Assembly: GCA_973895155.1 (NCBI GenBank)
Contig: OZ316894.1
Location: forward strand, 8,828,234-8,892,233
Length of the DNA stretch: 64,000 bases
Origin: Marsupella aquatica
Lineage: Eukaryota > Plantae > Marchantiophyta
Reading direction: 5' to 3'
Part shown: positions 1 to 13,000 of the stretch, one piece after another
Layout: every line of letters starts with the position of its first letter
Numbering within the stretch: the first letter of the stretch is position 1
Position numbers and translations under genes: made by a program
Notes under the pieces: generated by a model
What the model saw: only the letters and a program-made list of their open reading frames with translations
The model's database searches: none
What the model was told of the DNA's origin: nothing

Positions 1-343
1 TGTGACTCCCTTTCCTTCATCAATGAAACGTTGGTAAGCATCTTAATGTATTGATCGAACAGCAATATCTACATAAGACGTAAAAACCCATTTTTTACTT
101 CTGCACGACAACAAGCAAATCCTTTTAGCAATGAAAAACGGACGAGTGTCATTAATCCCTGAGCCGTATGTACTGCCTGTCACATGCCAAAATTTTCCAT
201 CCTGTGCTTCAAGTCTTGCTCCAAAAAGATCTTCACCGTCAATTGTTGTCGACGAATGGCCAAGAGATTAAAATTCCTTTATTTCATTTCTCAGTCAAGC
301 TCACATGGATGGACAAACTGGGACCTGGACCACGGAGCACGAA

Positions 344-1529
344 TTATTTACACAGCTTAAGCTTCTTAAAATATGACGCAACTTCATTTTTGGGGTAGGG
401 TTTTGTGGCCAAGCATGTTGCATAATTTTCTGGCTGCTCGATCCAGAGTTTGTGAACTATTCCTCCTCCGTCCAACTTTTGAGCCAAATTCCGCAACTGT
501 GTCTCCCCTTTCACTTCCAAAGTAACCTGCAAAACATGTCCACATCCGAGCCTAGAAGAGTCACGCCAGGCCACCTTCATGAACTACAACAGGACAGTTA
601 AGATTGAATTTTCCCAGCGGAAGCTATCTCGTTCCAGTTTCTGTTCAATCGCACATTCACCAGTCGAGCAAGAAAGCAAGGAAAGGATTGTCATTGCTTT
701 CACACGTACAAACACTTAAGAAGAAGTGCGGTCGCCATGAGCCATGAGGATAGAAGTTTAGGGTGGGGGGCAAGCGAGAATTATAAAATAAGAGACGCTT
801 GAACACATGGAATGCACAACCAGATTTTACCAGTCAGGGTCGCATTTAAGCTCGTGTAAACCAATCCAAGCGCAACATTCGACCTCAACAAATTGAGCCT
901 ACGCAGAAAGAACACTGCTCTCCACACCAAAAAATTCAAAGATTTTGCAGAGGGGCTGGGAAGAGGAGTACCTTGTGCATGTTATCCAAGCTATCAGGTG
1001 CACAATACTGCCGGGTGACAGGATCATCCTTGTGAAGCCATATGGCTGCCACAGCTGCATGACAGCCCTGGGATATGACACTGCCAAGAGGCCAATTGAG
1101 ACCCTCCACCAAGTCCTTTCTGATTACAATGTACTGAACGATTACATCGTCTCGAGAAGATTCAGGTCCAGTGGCAGTCACTTCTTCGACCGGCACAGGA
1201 CTGGCTGATGATTCGGAGCTCTGTCTGATACCAGCTGAAGTTGACGATGACAGAGACATTCTCCAAACCGAGGATGGAAAAGAAGAGGGTGACACGAATG
1301 TGTTCCTAGCACGTCTCCAGGATTTTAAGGTCCCAGTGGCAATGGCATGGCCAAAGTCACAGGTCTCAACTACAGAACCGGGCACGCGTAGCTGGCGACT
1401 CCGAACAACAGTGAGACCCTTATCGAAAAGAATTCGGAAGGATCCGACAGAGAAACTGACAGTGGATGATGCACACTCTAATGGAAATGTAGATTCCGAA
1501 AACGCTCTGAGAGCAGGTCTAAAATTCAT
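344..1529 (-). CDS. PTRHD1: Peptidyl-tRNA hydrolase II (PTH2) family protein, PTRHD1-like, with a long Ser/Arg-rich N-terminal extension (probable organellar transit peptide); exons 1529-972 and 526-344
   Basis: Motifs VQYIVIRKDL, WPLGSVISQGCHAAVAAI, DNMHK|VTLEVKGE and HKLWIEQPEN..TCLATKPYPK are characteristic of the PTH2/PTRHD1 family. A GT..AG intron at 971-527 joins the two ORFs in phase 0. TAA at 346-344. Confidence 0.92.
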
Positions 1530-1901
1530 GAGTGAAAACTTCTCGCACCGGTGTTCAAGCTGACCACCTCTGGTGCTACGACAAACAAACTACCATGGCT
1601 GTCAATCTCGATCAGAAAACCCTTCAAAAGGACTAGTGAGCTGATGTTTAGATTCACAACAGACTGAGCCCATATGGGAAGCTCTCAGTGAAGGAAGCTG
1701 TCATTCGGAGACGGTTAGATCATCACCGAAATTCCGAAAGTTCGATTTCAATCTGTGCGGACTTCGGCATTCCACAAGGAGGGAGCCGTATGAATTTCTT
1801 TCTGTCTGCACATTACTCTGTGTTCGTTTCGAAGCCAGAGGCACGAGGGTTGGCAATTGGAGATCAACCTGACGAATGTGGAAAGGGTGGGATTCCTTCT
1901 T

Positions 1902-2064
1902 AAACCCTAAGTGCCAATATAATGCGGGAAATGAACAAACAATGATTTGAATGGACTTTAGGAAGAAAAAGGACCAATTCACTAAAACCATTTATTGCTA
2001 CTCAGCCAATGTTAGTGTGCACCACTTATCATTACTAGACAATGGAATTCAAGCTCACTGGGCC
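1902..2064. promoter_or_regulatory. Telo-box (AAACCCTAA, 1902-1910) and site II element (TGGGCC, 2059-2064) upstream of the PTRHD1-like gene
   Basis: Both motifs are directly visible. The pairing is known from promoters of plant translation and organellar genes, but such short motifs also occur by chance. Confidence 0.35.
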
Positions 2065-4689
2065 CATGGAACATTAATGAAACTGCTACATAGACACTGT
2101 CAATAGCAAGTGATGTTGAGGGGAGATGTTGTTGTGCATAGGTGACAAGACCAAACCATCATACTTTGCAAAGTGTAGGATTTGGCCCAGAGACTAAACT
2201 TAAGGCTAAGATTTGGTTATTTTTTTAATGTAATTATTTTTTTGGTCCATCACAGTCTTAGTTGAAATGCTGTGGTGACTATGGTTTGCTTGGAACCCGC
2301 TAAGGTGTTGGCAAGAGGAACCCTTTTGACATCTTGGGGACCTCGTTGATCACCACAGGCAAACAAAAAAAGAGGTAAAAGGTTTAGTTTTCAGGTAGAA
2401 TGTCATGGTTCATCTCAGCATGATTCCTTGTTTCTAACTCTTGGCATTCATTTGGGAATCAAAATTAAGTATGATAAATTTATTCCTTCCTTGCAATGGG
2501 TAATAAATACATTCACTACCTTCAAGACATGCATTATGCTATAACATATTTGGAACTCCTGGTTTATTTGGCTCTTTGGTCTTCTTGTGATTTTCTCTTT
2601 GGTTTTAGGGTTTACAATACCTAGAAATATTGTAAGTGATGTGGGGGGCTCCATATAGTCAGGCATATAGTGAGAACCTCGAGTGCCCAATCATGCCATG
2701 GACAAAAAACCAGATAGGATAGTTTTCTTTTATAATTACAGTAGGTGATCTTCAATAGAGGGCCTGGGGCCATTTTCAGGAGGTAGCAAGGGCTTCCTTA
2801 TTAGGGAGAGTGATACATTTGAAGGGGGGAGGCAAAGTCATTTTTACTAACCTTTTAATGTTTATTCTAACAAAGTTGGATCTATAATTCGCAGGTTTGA
2901 AATGCCAACTTAACCAATGGTGCATACTTAGCTTTTGGATGGTGCGCTTATTAAGCGATCACCACAAATGCATTTACCTCTAGCAAAGACCAAAGTAACT
3001 TAGAGCTCCCCACACCCATCTCCATGTCACAAAATTAGAGTCCAAAATGAAAGTCCTCAGCGAGACAGCCCTTGGGTCTTTATTTAGAACATCTCCCCAT
3101 TGGGAGAGCTTTACCTAAGAGCACCTGCCCCAGTCCTCCCCATTACCTGCTCTGGCAAAAATTAAAAGAGTATGCATGGGTCTCCTGCAGAGCCAATATA
3201 TTTTCCAGCTGCCTTCTGTTTCTAGTTTAATATACCCAGTCTGCCCATTTCGCACACATTTGCGGTCACCAAATTTGTTCTGGGTGCTCTGTCAATTAGA
3301 CACTGTCATCCACCCACAAGCGAGTGCAACATGTACCAGAGCCCACAGTCTCTTTCCTTCTTCCCGTGTCTGTTGTTGTTGAAAATATATATAACACACT
3401 GCAAAAGAGCAAGGAGCGCTGAAAGTCTGTTCACTTGCTTTGTGACCTACTTTGAGCACTTTATGAGCGCACTGGCAATGCACGTCAGTGGAGTTTGTGG
3501 CTATCTGAAAGACCAAAGTTTAGGCCCTTATTTTTCTACACCACTCAGTCTGCACAGTTCTACGAAAAGAATTCATCTTAAAAGCATTTTGGGCGTTTTT
3601 TCTTTCTATTTCTTGCATGCGTTCTTGCATGCCTATGATGACCAAAATATGCGTATGGTATGAATTTGGGGCATGCATGTGCTATAAGGAATCCTGGTAC
3701 GACCAAAAGCTAAAACTGTACTACCATGAAGTAACTTTTGGAGTATGTGATGATACTCAATGGGTTAAGTTGTAAACCTTCAGTCACATTAGATGTTCTA
3801 ACTTAGAATCCCCCTGGGGCTGACACCCTAAATTATAATCCAAGACACCTTCTTGACAGGGTCTTATGGTTCTCATAAACCTATGTACTCACCCTTAATA
3901 TGAAATACAAGCCCTATGCCAGTTGCACTGTGCAACGAGGGCTGGCCCATAGGGAGGAGCGCCGGGGCATTTATGGGTGCACATTTCTTCCATCAATGGT
4001 CAGGGAAAACAGCTAATCGAATCCAACGACTGTGGATCTTTCCCGTCTAGGAGCATTTTGTATTGAGACGTTGGGCAAAAATAGATGAGATCCCTTATTA
4101 TAGTTATAGATAGTACTTTATAGACCCCCTCCACCCAAGCCTAGGGTGGCTTTACAAGATGTTGGGGGCAGTTTACACTTTTTTATTTTGTCTCCAAGAT
4201 CTGATCAGGGCCATCCATTCAGGAGAACTGTTGCTATTCACTTTACAAAACATTGGGGGCACTTTCAACCAAATCTGGTACGGACCTACCCCACATGGAA
4301 TGGAGTGAAGTCCAATTTTGGCTTATGTGGAGCACGCTCTCGTCGTAGATTTTAGAAGACCTTTCTTGGAGGTCTCTTCTTCTAGCCCCTTGGTCCATTC
4401 CTATTTGAAGTCATTTTAATTAAAAAGGGACTCACAAGTCCTCACAAGATTTCTCTTGTCACATCTAGAAAGATTTTAGCCAAAGAATACATGACAATCA
4501 GCTGGAGTGGGACCTCAATCTGTCTTTTATCAGATTAAACCAGCATTATGAGTTGCACTTAGCCTGGGGGCCATAGAAGGATTCCAAAAATTCTTTTAGC
4601 CTGGGGCATTATATTTAGTGTGTACAGTGCCCCTCTAGTTTGCTTTGGTGATCAAACTTCCCAAGTGCCCCAATGTCTTGTAAAGTACT

Positions 4690-5520
4690 CCTTATTATCA
4701 AATAGGTAGTCTCCAGACCACATGGTTTCATAAACCCCTAGACCGGTCTTACTATCAAATAGGTACTCTCGTGACCATATGGTGCCCATAACCCCTATAT
4801 ACAGGCTGAATATTAAATAAGGTACTCTTGAGACCAGATGGTACACGTGTATTCTCTACCCAGGCTTTAGTAACTCTACCCTCTAGACCGCATGATACTC
4901 ATTAACCCCTCTACCCTGGTTTAATATTAGTTACCGGACTCTGGAGACTGCATGATACTTGTAAAGACTTTTGTGATTTTTCTCTTTGTATTTTTGAGTG
5001 CATTAATTTCCCAAACAGCCTCCCTTCTTTGGAGGAGGGCATTATGTGAAGTATCATAAAAATATCAAAGGTAAAACCCAAATACAGTGTTACCAAATAT
5101 CATAACATAATAACTTGTATCAAAATCACAAGATTGGTTTTTAACTTATTTCATGCCTTTGGCCAATTGCTTGGATTGTCTATTTAGAGATTCATTTTTT
5201 CTTGTTTGTTATCAAAAAATCACTCAAGTTTTTCCCTACATTAATCTCCTAGTTAGTGACATTACTGGTATTATATCTCATAATGCCCTCTAACTAGGAC
5301 ATTATTCTATTCATAAACCCCTCTAACCAGGCTAAATATTAATTACCACTTTCTAGACGACTAGACCTCATGAGACTCGTAAACCCCTCTATCCAGGCTT
5401 AATATTAATTACCGGACTCTCGAGACTCCATGACACTCATAAACCCCTCTACCCAGGCTTTAGTATTAATTACCCGACTCTCCAGAGTCCAGACCATATG
5501 GTGATATGGGACTCATAAAC
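4690..5520. repeat. Degenerate ~60-bp minisatellite (core cataaacccctctacccaggcttaatattaattaccggactct)
   Basis: Recognisable copies near 4730, 4790, 4850, 4900, 5312, 5380 and 5438, interrupted by an AT-rich spacer at about 4970-5300. Confidence 0.8.
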
Positions 5521-7667
5521 TCATTTTATTGGTTACATACGGTACTCTCGAGACCATCGAATCGGTTTATCGGACACCCATGTTGCGAAATGCAATAAGC
5601 AGACTTCGTCTCGGTCGCGATTTATGGCGACGGCGTGAGTGGTCCCCATTGTCCTGCCTCATGCATGCAGACCCTCGGTCATACCGCCTGCCGCGATACC
5701 CTGCAGTCATCCCTCCCGTCGATACATCCACCACTCTCTGACACCGTCAGATGAACAATCATCGATATGAACTAATCTACGGAGTACGTCGCTCACCCGT
5801 CGAGATAAAGACGGCGATGTGTACCGTTTACCGATCCGCCGTCAAGACGCGGCCTCGGTACCGTCAACTTCGGGTTAGATGCACAGCGGTCGTGGTGCAA
5901 TGCACCACCTGCCCAATGTACCACCGAACGCTTCGCAACAAGTGTCGAAAGGCATGTCGAGAACTCTCCTCGGAGTCTCCACCTTTCGTTTCGGGCAGAG
6001 CCTGATTCTGTGGAAGGCCAATTGGAGCTTCGGTTTTCCGTCATGACGAGTAACACGTACCAAGTGCTTGAAGATTTGGGGGAAATCTTTTGGATGGACG
6101 GGATCCGACGACAGGAGAAACAACGTCGAGAATCTCTGGAAAGATTTTTTGGGCTGGGAAGTTGCATGAAGCGGAGTGTACTCTGGCAACGCGCCACGGA
6201 CGTGTGAGTATAATTACGTTTGCTTTCTTGGATCTCGATATCATTGGAAGGCATGACTCTAGGAAATTGTAACTATAACTATCGTTTGAAGTCTTGAACG
6301 GGAAATCGGGACTGTACAGTTCATTTGCTGTTGTGGGCGTCGTCGAGTCAGTGAAGAGCAATCGGAAATCTGCTCGTAAGTTTTTTCTTTTCCTCTTCAG
6401 TGAAATTGCTCTGCAGCTTTATGCTTCCTGTCCGGTGAACGGGGTACTGTGGCTCTCTCCCTTCTCCTAAGCGTCACACTTCAGTTCGGGAACCATCTCT
6501 TGCATTTTGGAATGAATTTGATGGATGACATTTTTGTTCGCGTCGGTGAAAGCGTGCTCTCGTCCTGGGTCCTTCCGAATCGCTACATTCGTTTGTGCCA
6601 TTCACGAGAGTTAGAGCAGTCACCTCCGAAGGTGACTTAGTTGCGGTCAATGCAGAGATGAGTCACTTGCTTGCTGACTTTGGATTTCCCTTTTCTGTCA
6701 CTCTATCTGAACTCTGGAGATGCGTAGCAGTGGGCTTTCCCTTGATCTTCTCTCGTTGTGATTCTAATTGAAGATCGGCACCTAAATGAGCATGCTCTCA
6801 ATTCTGCCGCATATTCACTGTTTTTCGGTGTGGACTTCCATTAGTAATTCTTTTCCTCAATGGTCTTTCTAGTCGATATCTGGACCAGCCTAGAAATAGT
6901 CGTGTAGTCCTAGTGCACGCAATTTGGAGCTGTGTGTAAATTAGATGGGAAGGGGCTTTCTCGATTCGCTTCGGAGGCCTGTACCCGGAAGAGGGTGGAC
7001 AATATCGTCTTGTCTAATGAACAATATTCGTGTTTGAACACGATCATGTAGCCTACGCATATTTCAAGTGAGAGTTGGTGCATTGCATGTAGTGGTTTAT
7101 CGACAGATAGATGACGACGAAACGATACTGGGTTCAGTCAACGTGGTCTGATCGAAAAGAGCGAACAGCAGTTGCTAGGGCGCCGGGAAGACGTAAACAG
7201 TTTCAAGTCATGTAGGGGGATGAGGTAGGGCCATATGCCTTGCTTGAAATGAAATAGGTGACAAACACCATCCCTCCAGCGACAATTGAGAACCGATGGC
7301 GTCTCCTTTTTCGCAATTTTGAGCGGGCATTGCCTTTGAGATGAGGCTCTGACGTGGAATGCAAAACAAGTGCTGTCTATATGGAAGGCATTTTTTATGT
7401 AGTTCAATTGGTCGGGTTGAGCTCGCCTCTTGGAATGACACAGTCATCTATGGTCAGCGTGGAGTAGAATCTCTTAGTGATGTGGGTAAGCTCTTCTCAC
7501 TCAGGTCTTTTGTAGATTATAGACGAGCGTTTGAATTTGACTTGAGCATTGACAATACTTCACTTCCGTCTCTCTGTCTTTCCAGCATTTCAAGATCAGT
7601 GTGTTCGAAGAGAACGGAAGGCTTACGGTTCTTCGGAGTCGCAGGAAGATCTTGACAGCTAGCAGAA

Positions 7668-8135
7668 ATGGCTTCCGCGGAGGAAACCATCCAGGCCAGG
7701 ATTGAGAACTCTAAGAGGCAGATCGAGCCGAAGCTGCACCAGTTGCGGGAGAATGCGCCGACTAGGCAACAGGTGGTGGGATTCCTCGCATGGTCAGCCG
7801 GAATCTTGGCGGCGTTAACAGTCGCCGGTGTCACTCTCACAGGGGGTGCAATCGTCTTGGCTTTTGCTACTCCAGTTTTGATCTTCTTCAGTCCTATTTT
7901 GGTGCCTATTGGGGCGTTCCTATTTTTCACCACGACAGGCATCTTGATAACTGTTGGGATTGCCCTTGCTACTATCTCGGCAATCGTTTGGTTGTACAAG
8001 TATTTGAAAGGGGAGGAACCTGTCTACTACGATCGTGTCGATGCTGCGAGAAGCCGAATTGCGGGCACTGCCGGCGATGTGAAAGACTGGGCACGGGATC
8101 ATGTTCCTCAGGTCCATGCTGCTGCGTCAGCTTAG
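7668..8135 (+). CDS. Oleosin (lipid-droplet structural protein), 155 aa, intronless CDS
   Basis: A ~70-aa uninterrupted hydrophobic hairpin with the proline knot PVLIFFSPILVP (PX5SPX3P), followed by WLYKYLKG and an amphipathic C-terminus (DRVDAARSRI). Confidence 0.97.
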   Translation: MASAEETIQARIENSKRQIEPKLHQLRENAPTRQQVVGFLAWSAGILAALTVAGVTLTGGAIVLAFATPVLIFFSPILVPIGAFLFFTTTGILITVGIALATISAIVWLYKYLKGEEPVYYDRVDAARSRIAGTAGDVKDWARDHVPQVHAAASA

Positions 8136-8953
8136 GCGGGTACTACAGGATCCTGACGCTGTCTCACTGGCTGTCATGTCTCTTAAATTTTCCGCAGCCA
8201 TGGCTTCGTGTTGGAAGAGGTTTGGAGTGAATTTATATCAACTACTACAGACTGATCGTGGTGACGAAAAGTTGCGCATGCAAGGTGTGTCGAAAGATTT
8301 CTATAGTCTCTGCAGCGCGATATCACATGGTCGTCTGAACCATTCTATAGTGAAGCTATACGTATCTAATGTATGGTAATCATGGTAGTTTTGCAGCCTG
8401 TTGAAGTAGATGTAGACTTTGTCCAGAGTTTTGATCGTCAACAGAGCGCCTCATCGCAGGATATCACAAGGGTTTCAGAAGTCCGGTACGCAGAAACGAG
8501 AAGTGGATCGGTTTTAGCGTACACCTCGGATCATATGCGATAATAATGTGAACATCTTGCGAAAATTACCAACGCATCGTGCAATATATGAGTTCTTTTA
8601 TTGTCCAACTAAATAAATCATTTGGCGTTACTCGTTTGTACGTACCGTTTTGGACATCTGTGAGGACGAGTACGCTATGTGATTAACATCTGCATTATGC
8701 AGTTAGTCATTTGAAATCTGGGCGAAAACCGAGATCTATTTAACATTCAAGCTGAGTTTGATTTCGCCAATGAGCCGACTCTGGATTTCATACCATGGAG
8801 TAGTATAGTACACAGTACTACGCATTTTGAATGCACTGACAGTACTACAGTCTCGAAGTTTTCGTGAGTGAGTCGCTCCTCGAATTAATCAAACGATGCC
8901 ATAGCATGCAAACGTTTATGAGATTGAGATTGTGTGAGTTCCTTTTATGTACG

Positions 8954-9270
8954 AATCGAAGCATCTCACACTCCGCGACATAGTTACTAATGTTGCTGTG
9001 CATATTGTACAAATGAATCACTCAAATTTGAAATGTCACTCGAATTTATCACATCACGTATCGAAGCATCCACGACACAGGAATGAATGTTGCTGTTCAT
9101 CTTGTACATGTGAATTCTCCGATCTTCGAATTGAAATGGCGCTCAAATGTGTCATTTCATGATCGAAGCATCAAAGACGCTCATCGCAGTGTGACACTCC
9201 GCCACATAGAATTCGATGTTGCTGTTTATTTTGTTCACCTAAACTATGGTCTTAGAATTGAATTGCCATC
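8954..9270. repeat. Three degenerate ~105-bp direct repeats (atcgaagcatc...atgttgctgt...aattgaaat)
   Basis: Copies start near 8954, 9060 and 9162. Confidence 0.7.
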
Positions 9271-9779
9271 TCCAATTTGTGTGAAGTTAGATTTGGTGAT
9301 TGAGGACGGTGAGGAGGAAGTTAGATTTGGCGAGGCCGGGCACCGTTGTGCAATCTGAGGACTGTAACCCCAAGAGAGTAAGTTACATAGTAGCTTAAAC
9401 CACTACTGGCCGTATAAAAGGAGAAGTGTTGTACACTTCTCCTTTTTATCCCATTCCTCTCCTCTACGGTGAGACATTGCTCCTCAGTTTCAAAAAACAA
9501 TATTAAAAATGGTGAAATTTGTGGAACCATGTTTTTGGTCATGGCCCATGTAAATTTGTTTAAGTTTAGCCCAAAAATTGCACCTGATCGAAATTGGATA
9601 CCTCTTGCGGGCTGGCTGCCATAGATTTATGGCTCGTCATCATCGATAGAAATACAAAGGAGAAAATTGGGGCCGCCTGGTTGCTCAGAATGTGGGTGGA
9701 AACTGAGCCCTTGAGTGGTGGTGTGTGCTGGTTGGTGAAGAGTTTTTGTTCAGTGCTGAAATGATAGAGACTCGTGTGA

Positions 9780-10000
9780 GAGCGCATGCTTAGCAGTTGG
9801 ATACATGCACAAAAATGTAAATCTATTTCTCATTATTAGATTTCACATGGTTCAAAAGGGATCAAGTGTTGTAAAAGAGTTTATGGGAGAGTGCATGTGT
9901 AGCTGTTGGTTACATGCACAAAAATGTGCATCTATTTCGCATCATCAGATTTCACATAGTACTGAAGGGATCAAGCGTTATGGAAGAGTTTATGGGATGA
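9780..10000. repeat. ~109-bp tandem duplication
   Basis: tacatgcacaaaaatgt...agatttcacat...aagggatcaag...aagagtttatggga occurs twice (about 9802 and 9911). Confidence 0.85.
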
Positions 10001-13000
10001 CGTGTATTATTCAATGATTATTCACTAATTTTTCAGAATTAACAAGGTCTCTAACTGGACCCCTAATGAAAGGAAATGTGCATGAATCCATGCCATGTCA
10101 AGTCATATTTAATGTGTAAAGTGTATCTTCCATGCATGTAAATAAAAGGAAATGTGACTATTATCTGATTATTTAAGAGTTTGGCCACTTAGATTAAACT
10201 TTTACCTAGTGGCAAGTGGTTACATTCCTAAGGGAAGATTCTCATCTGGCTTGCAACTAGGCCATGGTATTTTTGCAAAAAACTCTTTCTTGCACATTAC
10301 TAACATTGTATTACTCCATGATTCATGTGTTGAATTTTCCATCCTGTTGAATCATTCTGAGAAACTTGGCAATAATCTTAACTTTGCGTTTGCAACAATC
10401 ATATAAGGGTAGAACACCTATGAGAATCCTGGAAGCTCTTGCCATCCATTTAATTTCCAGCTTAGCGGGTAAAACACACATTGTACATAACCCCTAACAA
10501 GAGGGAATGTACATTACATTGTTTACCTCATGTTTGGCTTTACACCAAAGAGGGATAACTTAAGGAAAAGAACTTTTGTAACCTCATTTAGGTAGTGACC
10601 CCTTAATGATTTCATAAGCTAGTCCTTGTGCTATCATTATTGAAAATTAACATATTATGTACAGGACGTGAGGTTAAAAGTTAATCCTTTTGTTATCATC
10701 ATGTTTTGTCATTAATTCGATATGTGCCAACAAATCTGTGCATTATATTGTACATGCGTACTTAAAAGTGAATGCTCGTGTTAGTTAATATGAATGTACA
10801 ATCAAATACTAAATTAACTGTTGTCCATAGTACAGTGTATAAACTGAAAATAGAGGTAAATTTGGTTTCTATTCTCACAGGCAATTTTATTTATTTATTT
10901 ACATTTATGAAAGATAACTCTTTGTAAATAATGTAGTTATTAGACATCACCCGTTCAAATATCTGGGAGTGCCCTTTATTTGGCTTCATACACAAAAATG
11001 ATTCTCCCATGGATCCCAATCTTGGTCTTTGAAATCCCCATGGACAGTATTTCCCAAGATTTAAGTTTCTGGAGCAATTAAAGCTGGAGGAGAGAGTTTG
11101 TGAAAGTGAAGCCTGGTTGGACCTCCATCTTGGACAAAGTCCTCCCATGAATCACATTTTGGTGGTCCATGGGAGTTTTGGGTTTATAACTTGATGATTA
11201 TGAGACTTAAAATAATATTTAGTTTTTCTTCTGGAAGGCAACTAGAGAAGGAGGAGACATGAAGAAATGCAAACCTTATAATTTGACACAAACTCAATGC
11301 CATTCTATGCCATTCTCCCCTCTCTAAATAATCCTGGAGCAAAACACAGACCAGGTTTGGATCTCAAGACCTCCAGAAAGTCTCCATAATTACCCAGTCA
11401 CCCCTGAGCTCAACTACATCAGGCATCAACGTAAGTCCCATAATATGCAATCTTGCTTTTTCTTTCTCATTATTGATATGTTATGAAATGTCAATCTAGC
11501 AAGACACATCTAGGGGCACCTCCCTGGCTAATGGAATATGGCCATATTTTGTGTTTACCATCAATGAGGCGTATCTAAATGGGCCATTGTGCACAATTTC
11601 CATTCCCAACCCTTTTCTCTTTTCAAATCCTGGAGTGTCAAAGTGCCTGAACATTTCATATATATAGTTATGCTCGAGAATAGTTAGTTTCAAGATCACT
11701 TACTAGAATCAGTACTATGCTATGCAATGATATTTCAAAGTAGCATACAATGTTTCACACCAACATAGCATAGTAACGCCTATAGGAATAATGAAGTACC
11801 CTTATCCCTTGCTGTACACCTTAGTTACCATAGGACTGAAGTGTGATCATTTTTAGAAAGTACAAATGTAATCTGGCCCAAAATGGTATTACTTTTTTTA
11901 CACTTTGCCATTGAATTCTTCTCATTGTAAACTTCATTTTCACCTCTTGAGGTTATTTCTTAATTCACCTCACTAAAATAAAATAAGAGTTTTTAAAATT
12001 TTGCTACAAGATAAAATAACTATTGTAAATGTGTTCGAGGAAGAGTCAAGTATATAGAGTTGACTTCATGATTTGTTTTTAGGATAGTGGTTAAGATACT
12101 TGGGTGCATGGGATTGTGTCATTGTGAGGTCAAATCACTGCCTTGCGACATGGGTGGACAGGTGGATCTTCTACATGATTGGTTGGATACTTAGAGAGAA
12201 AAGGTTTTAAAGAAAAAAATTGATAGAAGTATAAAGGGGAATCAAATGAGTGATTACAAATTTGAGGGGTATAATAAATTCAAACTCACCCAAAAGTATA
12301 AATGGACTAAACGACAAAAAAATATCTTATTATAAAGTGCAAACCAAGTCTACTCTTAAAGGCCTAGGGTCTCAAGTGAATTACTACAGTGAAATCTCTA
12401 GACAGTAATCCTTAATACAGACAAAAGTGATGATGAGTCTCAATAAAAAAACTTTAATATGACTATAGACAAAAATGATATTGATTCCAAATAAGAACAA
12501 AACTGAAATGACGGTGGACAAAAGACAAGGATGGGGCAAAGATTAACCGAAATAGCTTAGAAATTTTCATATGCAAGATTGTTTTCTTCATATCTATGTC
12601 TCAAGGAACGGGTAATCGGGCGAGTATTTCAAATTTAACAAATGTCACTGGAACATAGCACTCTAACAATTCATAAGGGATTCTATAAGCTAGAAGGAGA
12701 AGTCAGAGGCACCACACAAGGCAAAGAAGCTAACAAGCATACAGATTTCGATGAAGGAAACAGTACTGACAGTAGAATGCAGATGGGATTGCATTATTGC
12801 AAGCATGAGGTAGAAAAATGGATTTAAAAATAGACAAAGAAACTGACTACCATGGTCTAATTATAGAGGCAACTGCTTCACCTTCCTCTCCTGCCCCATT
12901 TGAGTTTCTGAAGAGCCAATGCAGAACATCACAATTCAAACAAAAATCTTAAACCACAACTGCCATATAAGCCAGGGGTAAGAGTCCAAGATTTTCCCCT

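Noticed and set aside
1171-1563. 130-aa plus-strand ORF
   Set aside because: It is the antisense shadow of PTRHD1 exon 1 and has no recognisable motif.
7517-8230. 160-aa minus-strand ORF and 146-aa alternative-frame ORF over oleosin
   Set aside because: Shadows of the oleosin CDS.
12083-12150. tagtggttaag...ggtcaaatc resembling tRNA/SINE A and B boxes
   Set aside because: No cloverleaf can be built and the B box is poor.
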